Shown: positions 25,188 through 37,007 of the stretch, in pieces
Layout of the letters: each line of letters opens with the position of its first letter
How positions within the stretch are numbered: the first letter of the stretch is position 1
Assembly (NCBI GenBank): GCA_050230475.1
Contig: JBFLGF010000074.1
Location: forward strand, 1-64,000
Source: Ancylonema sp.
Taxonomy: Eukaryota
DNA: 64,000 nucleotides
Reading direction: 5' to 3'
Made by a program: the position numbers and the translations under genes
The notes under the pieces: model-generated
The model's input: only the letters and a program-made list of their open reading frames with translations
What the model was told of the DNA's origin: nothing
Databases searched by the model: none

Positions 25188-28100
25188 TGTTAGGACCACT
25201 CCCTATAGACACTAGTGCTTCTCGAGTGAGTACTCCTATCCCGCACTTGTGTGCTTCTAGACTAGTGTCACATTGTGCTTCTATCGAGTGCTACTAGTTC
25301 TCCCATATAGAATATGTGTGTTTATGCCTTTCTTAGTATAAATACATGTTAGGAGCATCTTAGTCTTTGCTCCTAACAATTCATGTACTTACCTTACATA
25401 TCATAGTGCTTTTCCCCACACTGCACTTGTGTTAAGTATTTGCTCTTCTAAAGCTATGTCGCAATTCACGCGTTGCGCCGTAACACTTTGTTAGGAGATT
25501 TTTTTTTTTCGTGTTGCATTTTTTTTTTTCCGTGTTGCATTCTCTACACATGGACATTGTCTATCATCCGGGAGTTGCCGGAGACATATTTATCTAAACA
25601 AAGTTGTCCATCAGATCCATCATCCGGTCCCGGGAGTTGCCGGAGACGTACTTGTCTACACTTCCTACATTCATTTCTACGTACATCTTCATTCTCATCA
25701 TGGACAACCTTGAAGAACCCGAAATAGAATTGACGGACCGAGAACTCATAATCCAACTTCAAAATTCACAATCCCAATTAATAGATCAATTAAACCGGTT
25801 CGTTTCCCAACCACTTCCTCACGCCCCTCCTCCTCCGCCCCCCCCCCCTTCCCCACTAGTCAGTCCTCTTCCACCTAATCTCACCCTTCCTTCCCCTCCT
25901 TCTTTCTCCGGGCTGGCTAAAGACCTTCCTGAATTCAGAATGAAAATGACTCAATAATTTATCAATGGCAACCCTCATATCTACCTACACTACCCTCTCG
26001 CACACAACTTCTATACGCCTATATGCCGGCCACAGCCTTACTGGCCCGGCTGGCCAGTGGTACCGTGCCCATGTGGACCCCGCCACTCAACTCACTCAGG
26101 AGCTCCCTCCCTCCTATGACCTCGCCCGCCTCCTTCTTCGTCGCGTTGGAGGACTTCTTCGGGGGTGCGGTCACCCTTCAGTCCGTCCCGTGAGAGGGCC
26201 GCCCTGCGGCTCACTCAACAGGATCAGTTTCTGAACTTGGTCCCATTACCCACTACCTCCCCTCCCACCTACGCATTCATGGGGCTCACACAGAGGCACT
26301 CACCTTCCAGGTCACTAGACTGTGCCACTTCCATCTTGTGCTGGGGTTTCCCTGGCTGCAACGCCACAATCCCCGCATCGACTGGTCCAAAGGCGTGCTC
26401 ACGTTCGACTCCCCCCTCTGCACAACAACTTGCCTCCCCTCCCCCCCCTCCCCCTCCCCTCCCTCCCCTCCTTCTTCTGGCCCCCATTCCCCTTCTCTTC
26501 TTGTACCCCCCCCTTTCCTTAATGGCACTACCTCCCCTCCTGCTTCCAACCCCCCTCCCCCACCCCACCCCGACCTTTTCACACAGGTTCCGGCTGCTTA
26601 CCACGACTACCTCGACGTCTTCTCGGAGCAGCAGGCCAACATCCCGCCCCATCGGAAGTACGACCTGCAAATCCCCGCCAACACCAAGCCCTGGGGCCGC
26701 ATCTATAGCATGTCTACGGTGGAGCTGGTGGGGCCATGAAAGCTTACATTAAGGCTTACCTGGCCAACGGTTTCATCCGCCCGTCCCAGTCGCCTGCTGC
26801 CGCTACAGTTATGTTCGTCAAGCGCCCTGATGGCAAGCTGCGCCTCGTCGTGGACTACCCGGGCCTCAACGTTGTCACTGTGAAGAATCGCTTCCCCCTC
26901 CCCCTCATCCCCGAAATGCTGGATCGCCTGCAGCACGCAAAGGTGTTCACAAAAATAGACTTGAGTACCATCAGGTGCGGGTCAAGGAGGGCGATGAGTG
27001 GAAGACAGCATTCAGGTGCAGGGAGGGGCATTTTCGAATACCAGGTGTGCCCCCAGGGGCCGCCCCTGCCATGTTTCAGTTCTTCATGAATGACATGCTA
27101 CGTGACCTCCATGAATACGTGGACATCATCTGCGTGGGCATCCTCGACGATGTCATCGTCTTCTCTGCTACCCCAGCAGAGCACGTGAAGCACGTCCGCA
27201 CCACTCTCGAGGTCCTGCGAAAGCCAAACTCTACGCCAAGATCGAGAAGTGTGAGTTCCATAGGGAGGAGATGACGTTCGTGGGGTGGGGTTCCTGGTCT
27301 CTAAATCAGGCATAGGGACTCGCTAAGGTGGCGGCTATCATGGACTGGCCTACTCCCAAAAACCTAAAGGAGGTTCAGTCCTTCTTGGGGTTTGCTAATT
27401 TCTACAGAAAGTTCATCTTGCACTACAGCTCCCTGACATCCCCCCTCACCTCCCTCACTCGCAAAGGCGTCCGCTTTACCTGGTCCCCAGCAGCAGATGC
27501 AGCGTTCCGCCAGCTCCAGCTCGCCTTCACTTCTGCACCTGTTCTGTAGCAGCACTTTCAACCCGACCTTCCCATCACAGTGGAGGCAGATGCGTCAGAC
27601 TTTGCACTGGGATGCATCCTGTCCCAAACAAACCCCGATGGCCAGCTGCACCCTGTGTGCTACTACTCGCGGAAGTTCAGTCCTGCCGAGCTCAACTACC
27701 CTATCTACGATAAGGAGCTACTCGCGGTCGTCGAGGCGTTCAAACAGTGGGTCTACCTGGACCTGGAGGGAGTACCTGTCAAAGTCTACACGGACCATAA
27801 AAACCTCGAGTACTTCAGCACTGCTCGTACTACGTCGCGGAGGCATGCCCGGTGGGCGGCTACCCTCGCAGCCTACACTTACACCATCGTCTACCGCAAG
27901 GGCGCGGCAACGGCAAGTCCGCCGCGCTGTCCCGGAAGCAGACCACGTTCCCCCTCCCCTCCCCTCCCTCCCCATCCTTCCCCCCTTCCCTGTAGCACCC
28001 ATTCCATCCTCCAGACCTGATCGGCGCTGCCGTCATGGTATCCCCTTCCGATCCGCTCCTCCCCGAGATCGCTGCTGCCCAGGCGGCCGATCCTGCACTG

Positions 28101-29981
28101 GCTACCAAATTCACACACTCCTAGGGGGGCCTGGCGGGGAGTCAAACCCCGCACTGCCAGGAGGCAGCCCACACTTCGTCATGCAGGCGGATCAGTTGGG
28201 GGTATCCTATACCACCAGGGGCGCGGGGCGCATTCTAATTCCCCCTGCAGCAGGCAGCTGCCCTCATTCTCAACATCCTACGCCAATACCATGACTCCCC
28301 CCCCCCCTGGCTGGGCACTACGGTGTGGCGCGGGCGGACGCACAAGCAAGCCTTGGTGGGGCAGTACTTCAAGTGGCAGGGGCTGGCGAGAGCTGTCGAG
28401 GCCTACGTGCGCAGCTGTGATGCGTGCCAGAGAAACAAGCTGGTGCGGCACGCACCCTACGGGCTCCTGAACCCCTTCCTATCCCCGATAAACCTTGGAG
28501 CAGCGTGTCCCTGGACTGGATAACGGACCTGCCACCGAGTCAATATCACGACGCATCGTGGTCGTGGATCGCACCAAACAGGCACATTCCTACCACATCC
28601 ATGCCGGCGCCAGATGTCGCGGCGCTATTCATCCAACATGTGGTCAGGCTTCATGGTGTCCCATCAACCCTCGTGAGCGATCGGGACCCCATCTTCACAT
28701 CGCACTTTTGGGGAAGACTCCTGGAGCTTCTGGGGATCCATGCCAACCGGTCGTCCGCTTTCCATCCCCAGACGGATGGCCAAACGGAGCGGCTGAATTC
28801 CGTACTGGAGCAGTACCTTCGCATGTATTGCGAGTACCAGCAGACCGACTGGGCCAGCCTCTTGCCCATGGCCGAGTTTTCCTACAACAACTCTAAACAC
28901 TCGGCTACAACGATGACCCCGTTCTACGCAAACTACGGGTTCCATCCCCAAATGTCCCTGCTCCCTCCATCCCCCGATCCAACAACCCCAGCCGCGGATT
29001 CGTACGTGCAGCAGCTCCGCGAGGCGCAAGTCACACTTCAACGGGAGCTCCTAAAAGCTAGAAAAGCGATGGAGCTCTCTGCGAATCGGCGTCGCCGGCC
29101 GGCACCGGATTTTGTCCCAGGGCAAAAAGTGTGGCTTCTCCGCCGACACATCTCCACCACGCGTCCTTCATCCAAGTTGGATGTTCGTCGACTTGGGCCA
29201 TTCGTCCTTCTTGGCCCTATTGGGAAATATGCCTACCAGTTGCTGTTGCCGCCGTCCATGCACATCCATCCCGTATTCCATGTCAGCTTGCTCGAGCCAC
29301 ACGTGGCCAACACGTTCCCGGGCCGCGTCGTGGACGTGCCCTTCTAGGTGGATGGGCTTCCTGAGTTCCTGAGTTTGAGGTTAATTCTGTCCTTGATTCC
29401 AAATTTCGGCGCCGCAAGTTATTCTACATCGTCGATTGGGTAGGGTACGATGCATCGGAGCGCACCTAGGAGCCTTTTTCCAACCTGTCTCACGCCACGT
29501 TAGCAGTTCAGTCCTTTCATAACCATTTTCCTTTGAAACCACGTCCGCCATAGCCAACTTTTGTCCCAGATAGTCTTTTCGTAAAATTTTGTCCTTATTT
29601 TCCTAGTTTTTTCTTTCTCCTTTCGTCCCGTAGTCTCCTCTCCTCATTTTAGGGGGGGTACTGTTAGGCTCCCTATAAGACACTAGTGCTTCTCTAGTGA
29701 GTACCTATCCCGCACTTGTGTGCTTCTAGTCTAGTGTCACATTTGCTTCTATCGAGTGCTACTAGTTCTCCCCATTTAGTATATGTGTGTTTATGCCTTT
29801 CTTAGTATAAATACATGTTAGGAGCATCTTAGTCTTTGCTCCTAACAATTCATGTACTTACCTTACCTTACATATAGTAGTGCTTCTTTTCCCCACATTC
29901 CCCTCGTGCACGTGTGTTAAGTAAGTATGTATTTGCTCTTCTAAAGCTATGTCGCAATTCACGACGCGTTGCGCCGTAACA
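25188..29981 (+). mobile_element. Ty3/Gypsy chromovirus (Tcn1/Tf1-like), internally deleted in gag-protease
   Basis: LTRs 25188-25485 and 29662-29981; perfect TSD GAGAG; PPT agggggggtac at 29651-29661. Gag start, LGFPWLQRHNP, RT (ILDD), RNase H (EADASDFALG), integrase (SDRD, QTDGQTE, GPF) and a chromodomain (FEVNSVLDSK..YIVDWVGY..RT*EP) at about 29374-29552. Confidence 0.96.
25488..25497 (+). promoter_or_regulatory. Putative self-priming PBS of the chromovirus
   Basis: ttgttaggag is the exact reverse complement of ctcctaacaa at 25370-25379, which lies 33 nt after TATAAATA (25337). There is no TGG-starting tRNA PBS. Confidence 0.75.
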
Positions 29982-32900
29982 GAGAGGCCCCAGAGTCCCC
30001 CAGCCACTCCACATTATCTGATGCGTCATGAACAGAAGCATTGGACACCACCTCCTCTATCACCAGCCCCTCCGCACCATCCTTGGCTTTCTCCATCTTT
30101 GTACCTTTCGCGAAACTCAGCATTTTGGGTTTGATGGCCGGGCCTGGTGGCTTTGCAGCCCCTCCACTCCCACTCCCACCACTACCACCGGCTGAAGATC
30201 CTCCTTTGTTTCGGCACATGTTTGCGAGATGCCCTTTTGTCTGGCATAAATTACACGTCTTTCCCATCATCGGACACTCCCTGGCGAAGTGTCCTGTCCT
30301 CCCACAACAGTAGCACTTTGATTCAGCCCCACGTGGCTGTCTTTGAGTGGATGCCACCGTTGGCTTCCAACCTGAACCGCTTCCCCCTCCACTTCCGCTA
30401 CCGCCGCCACTTCCACCTCCACTAAATCTCCCCATGTAGTTTGCTTTCTCCACCTCTCTATCATCATGTTCCATCGTTCCTCTCACGCTTTCATAGAGCT
30501 GAAGATCTCAGCAACAGGTGGGAGAGGTGACTGAATGGCGTAGGCGTCCATAAAAGTTCTCCACCTTTCCGCCGGATGTGTCATGAGAACCATCGTACTA
30601 ACCGCGTCGGTAACCAACACCGCTTGTATGATGCACTCATTCAGTAACTCATCGAACCGGAGTTGAGTCTGAACTACTGTATCACCCTCTCTCATCCTGA
30701 CTGAAGCTCATAAAGCGAGCTCTTTCTTGCAGTGGCAGCCTGTCTGTGATGCTGAGACTGCCGCATAATCCATCCGCGACCAACTTGTTCCACTTCTGGG
30801 CCGGAGATAGCATCATGAGAGTTGCCATCACATCGCGAGGCTCCAAAGTCTGAAGAAGAAGGGAATTTGCACGCGCGATTGCCGCGTCAAAGTCCTCAAA
30901 GCGCTTCGTATCATGATCAACCATGCCTTGAGTTACTTCCGTGACACCGGCCACGGCATCTACTCCAGGTGCCGCAGCCCGCGCGGCTACGGCAACGATC
31001 ACAGTCCGCGGTAAGGGAGGCCTGATGGCGGTGCCCATGACATGGCCCCACAATTTCCTCTCCTTCAAGGACTGTTCCATAACAGTCGCCCACACTCTGT
31101 AATTTGTCTCCTTTAGGATTATTCGCGGTCTACTAGTCCCGGAATCATCTCCCGCGCTCTGATACCATATGTTAAATCCATCTCTTGCGGATTTCTTTCG
31201 GCACGAATACTAATTTCACACCAGGTGCCCATACACTGAACATGCACACAGTAGACCAATAGAAATGAAGTATCGACTAACATGCATCCGGACTATCGTT
31301 TCGACCGGATTAATTATGCCGGAATAGGAACTTAGGCAAATAGACAACCTATTCTTACACCGGACGAGGAGGAGAAGGGGCAAATGCTTGGATTTCAATG
31401 TGGTGACAAAGCCACTCCAATTGTAATGGAGGACTAGCGCGTTGTGCGACTTGGTCGTGTTCTAGACGGCAAAAGTATGTGCTGGTTGAGTGCTTTTTTG
31501 CATGCCAGTTAGGCATAGGGACCACACCTCACCTAGACTGATGAAGTGCACCTCTCATCAGGGGGGGAGGGCACACTACACCCGGCGTAAGCCCAAATTC
31601 AATACGGCCCGCAGCTGTAAGAGATGGTGGTTGTAGACGACGCATTGTTTGCTGCTGCCAAGCAACGTGCCGCAGCTCAAGAGGTCATCTCAGCACTACT
31701 CGCAGCGGACGCTGCACCAAAGCCATCTAGCGTCCTCGGAGCTGAGGGCGAGGGGGGGAGTGGTCCCCCTCAGCGTGTCAAAGGGGGGGGTCCATAATTC
31801 AACTTGTGTGCCAGCCTACTAGAGTAAGACCAACTTAGGGTGCTGGCAATGCTGGACCAAATTTTTGACCGCTTTGCATTTTCCCTTACAGATATGGAGC
31901 CATTGGTGGCGAGCCGATAAGGATCGACCTCAACTTAGACAAGCAGATTTTCCATCCGCCGCACAAGCTAGGACAAGTGGGGTGAGACTTCGTGGAGGCC
32001 GAATGCAAGAATCAAGAGGGGATCGGCTTCAACAAGCGCTCCACCTAGTCTATGTATGTATCAGCCACGGTGGTGGTGCGCAAGAAGTTAACTAAGGAAA
32101 TTACACCGACTTTTGTCACTGTGGAGATTACAAGCCCCTCAACTTGGAGGCTATGCTGGACCGCTACCCCTTGCCTTGCATCGAGGACATCTTTAATTTG
32201 CTGGGGGGGGGCAAGATCTTCAACAAGCTAGACTTGCGGAGTGGGTACCATCAAATGCCGCTCTGGCTAGAAGATCGGTGCAAGACATAATTATGGGGAT
32301 CCAATCGAATCTTGTGGGAATGGCTGGTGGTGCCCTTCGGACTCAAGAACACGCTACCCTACTTTTAGCAGAGGATGGACCAAGTGCTGCGGAATCTACC
32401 ATTCTGCCGGTACTACATCGATGACATCATCATCCGGTCCAGTTGTATGTAGGAGCATCTAAAGCACTTAGAGGAGGTCTTCAAGCGTCTACGAGAAGCA
32501 GGCGTGAAGGTGCATCTAGGGAAGTGCTTGTTTGTTGCTGACAACATAGACTTTTTGGGGCACCGCATCTCAACAAACTCCTTGAAGCCGCGACAAGACA
32601 AGTAGGCAGCAGGCAGAGACCTCTCCTCCACTACAGACCTTTCAGCTTGCATGCCGCTCTGGGCCTCTTCTCCTACTATCAAAAGTTTGTTCAACACTTC
32701 ACCTCTATCGCCTTCTCCCTTAACAAGCTGCCGAAGAAGGGCTTCCCATAGGAGTGGGGTGACAAGCAAGAGGCTACCTACCTAGAGCTAAAGGAGGAGC
32801 CGTGCACCGCAACGGTGCTCAAGTTGCGAGACCCCTACAAGCCATTCATCTTGACTATTTATTGGAGCCAAAAGGGGATGGGTGCGGTGGTAAACCGACT

Positions 32901-34755
32901 AGACTCGGAGGGAGTGAAGCACCCTGTTTGCTACGCCTCCCGATCATGCAATGCTGTAGAGCAAAACTATAGCTCCTTCAATGGGTAGTGCGAGGCGGTG
33001 GTGTGGGCTACCAACCATTTTCGTTCAAACTTGTTTGGAAATTCCTTGACGTTGGGTACTGACCACGAGCCCTTGAAGTGGGTTATGACCACTCAAAAGC
33101 TAACGAGGAAGTTGGTGCGGTGGAGCTTGCTGTTGCAAGAGTACGACTTCACTGTGGTGTACTAGGCGGGGACAAATAACGTTAATGCAGATTGTTTGAG
33201 CCGCTACCCCCTCCATTCAAGAGATGGAGCTCCAGTCCTCGATTGGACCAAAGGAGGGATAAGGGCCCCCTCAACCTCTTTTGCCATGATGGCAGGTGCA
33301 ATTGACCCTTTGCATGCCATAGAGGAAGACAAAGAGATTGGGGACGATGTGGAGGTGTTGCGGCTGCTGCAGATGCACAAATACAAGACGCGAAACCGCA
33401 TCTACAGACGTGCCCGCACCTTCTGCTAGATGGGGGACAACTTGTTCAAGCTACTGCTTCGGGGAGTCTTGATGGTGGTACGAAGGCCTGCTTAGAGGAT
33501 GCAAATCGCCCTCGACACGCATCGGGGCATGGGCCACTTCAATGTTCAGCGCGTCCTCGACCGGCTCCAAAAGAACTATTGGTGGAGGGGCATGAGTGAC
33601 ACAGTGATAACAGTCGTCAAGGCCTTCTTGCATTATGCCCCGGTGAAGGCTGAAGGTGTGTGGTGAAGTAATGTTTCGCATGTGTGTGGTACATCAAACG
33701 ATGATCTTCGTTAGAACGATAGTGTGACACGTGTGAGTATGGCACGATGTTAGATAACACGACGTCTATACACATGATCCCTCTCGACCATACCTCAATT
33801 TTAATTGATTCCTGCACGCCTTCTTTTGAAATTTTTGTACTGCCAACTCTGAAATTTTACCACACTAGCAAGTCAGAGATAGTCATGCAAGGCTCGCTAC
33901 ATACTGTCAACGCACTACGCATCAACTATAAAACCCCCATCTCGCCACATGTATGTCACGAATCAAAGATGTGAAGTCATTGAAGTTGCAACTGTGAGCC
34001 TTAGCTCTGGCGCTGAATTGGAGTGTTGGGATCAAGAAGAAAACAGAATGCTAATGGCGAAGATCCGAACAACACTCTCCTTTTTCGATAGTCGTGGTTC
34101 CTACACGACCCGATATTTTGGAGGGCCGTACAAATATGAATAATATCCAAGAGACGTGTAATACGTATAAAAAGACTTGATAACAATTGAGCAATAACCT
34201 AGTTGCAATATCGAATCAACCTAGCAATGCAGTTCTATCTTGCATGCTCTAGATTGTTATATGTAGATGATGTCAATTTGAGTAATTATCTAATCGACAA
34301 TGACCTTAGCTGCGGTGTAACACCTGGACACGCCACCAACTGTAGTTGCGTCAAATGCTCTAAAACGGCCTTACACATTAACAAGAACATGAATTGCTTC
34401 ATGTTCTATAGCCACATACAACTTGGCCTTGGCAAGCAAATACGATATAAGGTCCCTCCGTAACGCCATTATTCACACTCGCAAGAGTATCAATCTACAC
34501 ACATGAGACCTGATCTAGCCTAACAATTTTCAAAACACGTGTGAATGCATGGACGGGTGGATACAACAGGAAATAACCAAATTTATGCGAATTGTGGCTG
34601 AGATTCTTCAACACTAGTTCGGAAGAAAGAAAAAGAAGAAGAAAAGATGTACATCGAAAATATCAATAACTCCAGGTTGGCAGTCGACTCGTGTGACATA
34701 GGTCCAAAACCAGGACCCCCAAATCTCCATTTGTTGTGCTCAATCATGGCTTGTA

Positions 34756-36676
34756 TCAGTCATCTGGCACTTTTTGCTTCCTTGCTCGTTTATGCTCAGA
34801 GGTGCTGAGATTGTTGCCTTCTGGTGTGCGAAAGGGTGCCTGTGAACATTGCAACTATAAAAAAGTGAGCTCCCCAAGCCAAAACTGCTACCCCCAACTT
34901 CTTCTTCTGTTCATCTTACCTTTCTTTTCACTGATCTCTCGGGCCCCAAGATGTGACCGTCATCGGTTCGACGATTCTGCCCCCCACACACATGCCTCTT
35001 AGTTCCCCCTCCCATCCCTCCCATCCCTCCCATCCCTCCCATCCCACCTTTGATACTGTGGAGAGGGTGGAAGAAGGGTCCACCAAATTACTCACTTCGT
35101 TTTCCTTCCACGTAACCTGCGTCAGCCCCCCCCCCCCGGTACAAGGATCAACACCTGGCTGCCACCGTTGCCCCGCTGGTTGGAGAGGGGTGGGGCCCAC
35201 CCGCGCCTCTATTCCTGCCAGGTTCAGAATGTCTTTCTGGAGAGCCATGAACTCGGAGACCACGGCTCGCGTGGGCATGCGCGGTCTGGGGGGGATGTTG
35301 AGGTCCTGCCAGAGTCGCTCCACTATCTTGCCGTGCTTTCCCAGCTGCCCAGCTGCCTGCGTCACGCGCTGCAGCACCCGCAGCCCCCGCAACCCCACCA
35401 GGCTGCCTGCAAACTCACTCGGGGGCGGGCGAGCAGGCGGAGGAGGAGCCGCAGCAGCCCTGGCTTCCCGAATATGGTTGGCCTGGTCGAGCGTCTGCAG
35501 CAGTGGGTGAGATGTGAGGGGGGGCAGAGTGGTGGTAGTGCGGTTTGGTAGCCTGGACCTCACCTCCTGGTCCTCAACCGCCTGTTTGCGGGAGTAGGTC
35601 CAGAGCCTCCCCAACAGGCGCTTCCGCTCGATTTCGTTCACCACGCGGTACGGGTCGCGCAGAATGGGATGCTCCATCTCCTCCTCTGACCGCGTCCCTC
35701 TCTCCAGCAACAGACGACGTGCCACCTGGTAGTAGCGGTCCTTCACCTCCTCCACATTGCGCTCACCCCAGTGGCCACCATCGGCGAAGCGGTCAGCGAT
35801 GACCACAAACCGCTGATCGAACCGTGTGCACAAATCCAACAGATGGTCCGTCTCCTCCAGGCTCCACTTCTGCACCATGCCCCCCCACAACACTTCAAGA
35901 GGTGCCCCAGTCGCAGGCTGTGGAAGCCACCTCACCCCCTCACCCCCTCACCCCCTCACCCCCTCACCCCCTCACCCCCTTACCCCCTTACCGGATGCAG
36001 CAGGTGGCGCTGGTACTCGTCCTCAGTGTACCGCACCACCTGCTGCGATTTGTTGTACTTGGCAAAGGCATAGTCGGGCGGGGGGTCGCTGCCCTCCACG
36101 CAGCGCACCTGCAGCCTTCAGACCTCTCCCCTTAGACACACAAATTCGCCAAGGCCGGGGTGGAAGGGAGAACCCACCCAGTGCTGCAGCTGTAAGCCGT
36201 CAGGCCGCGCCGAGTTCGAAAAAGGCTGCCATCGCCACCTTACCTGCCAATCCTTTTTTCTATATTTACAACTGACGAATGCACTTGGGCTGACGACAGC
36301 CTTCAAACGATACAGTTACGCTCCTTGCGAAAATAATTCCATTCACAATAAACCACAGCCGGGCAATTCATTCCATACATGCAGAAAGTGAGCAAATCAC
36401 CCGCTGCTGTGCTTCTCTTCTCTTATTGGCTGTGCTGATGGTTGCAACGAGCGGCGGCACACCCCCCGTGAGAGCATACACCTGCACGACCATTGTAAAT
36501 AAATAAACACCGCAAGGCCCCAGGACTGCAGAAAATGCCTCGAGTACCTCACGATTGACATTTGCTTGTTTGCGAAGGCTCGTCTCTTTGCAAACCCTGG
36601 ATTTTTTATCTCCACCTCCCGATTTCCCCAACTCGTCCGATTTGAAAATTTTCCGCAAAACCTCGAAGGACGCCAT
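34756..36676 (-). CDS. SWC4: SWR1-complex protein 4 / DMAP1 (SANT domain), multi-exon
   Basis: Spliced motifs NVNRE|VYALTGG, WRWQPFSNSARPDGLQLQHW, DYAFAKYNK...YTEDEY, WSLEETDHLLDLCTRFDQRFVVIADRF, VEEVKDRYY, PRMPTRAV. The 3' exon boundaries are approximate. Confidence 0.93.
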
Positions 36677-37007
36677 TGCAAGCGAGTGCAAGCGAGTGGC
36701 TACAATGGCATGAAGCAATACACGTGAGTGCTGGCAACGAATAATTCAGCTGACCTGAACGCCACGGAACGTCCCTGGAACGTCGAAAAGTCGAAAAGTG
36801 AGTACAACTCAAAGGCTTCTAAAACGTTACAGGCACACATTTACCTTGTGCTTCTGACCCCCTCACAGCCACGACCCGTGATCTTGCTGGGAAGAATATT
36901 TTACCATTACGCCGAAGGCAGAGGCCACTTTGATTCTGTCAGCACACTCTCTTGGCCACGGTCGTAGCTCTCCACTCGTGCAGTCGGACTACATCTGAAA
37001 GTCTTCC

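Larger units (their letters stand above)
21733..31359 (-). mobile_element. Full-length Ty1/Copia LTR retrotransposon (Copia B), interrupted by a chromovirus
   Basis: LTRs 21733-21914 and 31170-31359; perfect TSD CCGGA; tRNA-iMet PBS at 31156-31167; PPT at 21915-21924. Gag with two zinc knuckles (about 31.1-30.0 kb); protease WLGDSGAS|RH split by the insertion; GAG-pre-integrase, decayed integrase, RT/RNase H ORF 21941-23554 (LYVDD). Confidence 0.97.
15666..31518 (+). pseudogene. DNMT3-like cytosine-C5 methyltransferase domain in three pieces (15666-16261, ~21504-21732, ~31360-31518)
   Basis: Manual translation gives motif I GIHLL*FF, motif IV GPMHLLGAS*ECQSVSRAG (Cys at 15953), motif VI VYILENT (16082), motif VIII IIVDAADLG..HRIRLFWTN (~16199), motif IX EPDEEEKGQMLGF and motif X RVVRLGRVLD..MCWL. 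Stops and frameshifts are present. Confidence 0.88.
15126..33650 (+). mobile_element. Old, decayed Ty3/Gypsy element with an embedded C5 DNA methyltransferase (outer member of the nest; no LTRs found)
   Basis: Pieces at 15126-16261, ~21504-21732 and ~31365-33650. Order: protease tail (YCALFGMEF), DNMT domain, RT (DYKPLN, DRYPLP, KLDLRSGYHQ, VPFGLKN, YIDD at ~32414), RNase H (HPVCYASR, TDHEPL, RWSLLLQEYDF, NADCLSR), integrase Zn-binding start (HRGMGHF..NYWWRGM), then truncated. Confidence 0.9.

Noticed and set aside
34756..36676. DMAP1 (DNMT1-associated protein) next to the retrotransposon DNMT as a functional cluster
   Set aside because: SWC4 is an ordinary SWR1/NuA4 subunit; adjacency to a dead element is most simply chance.
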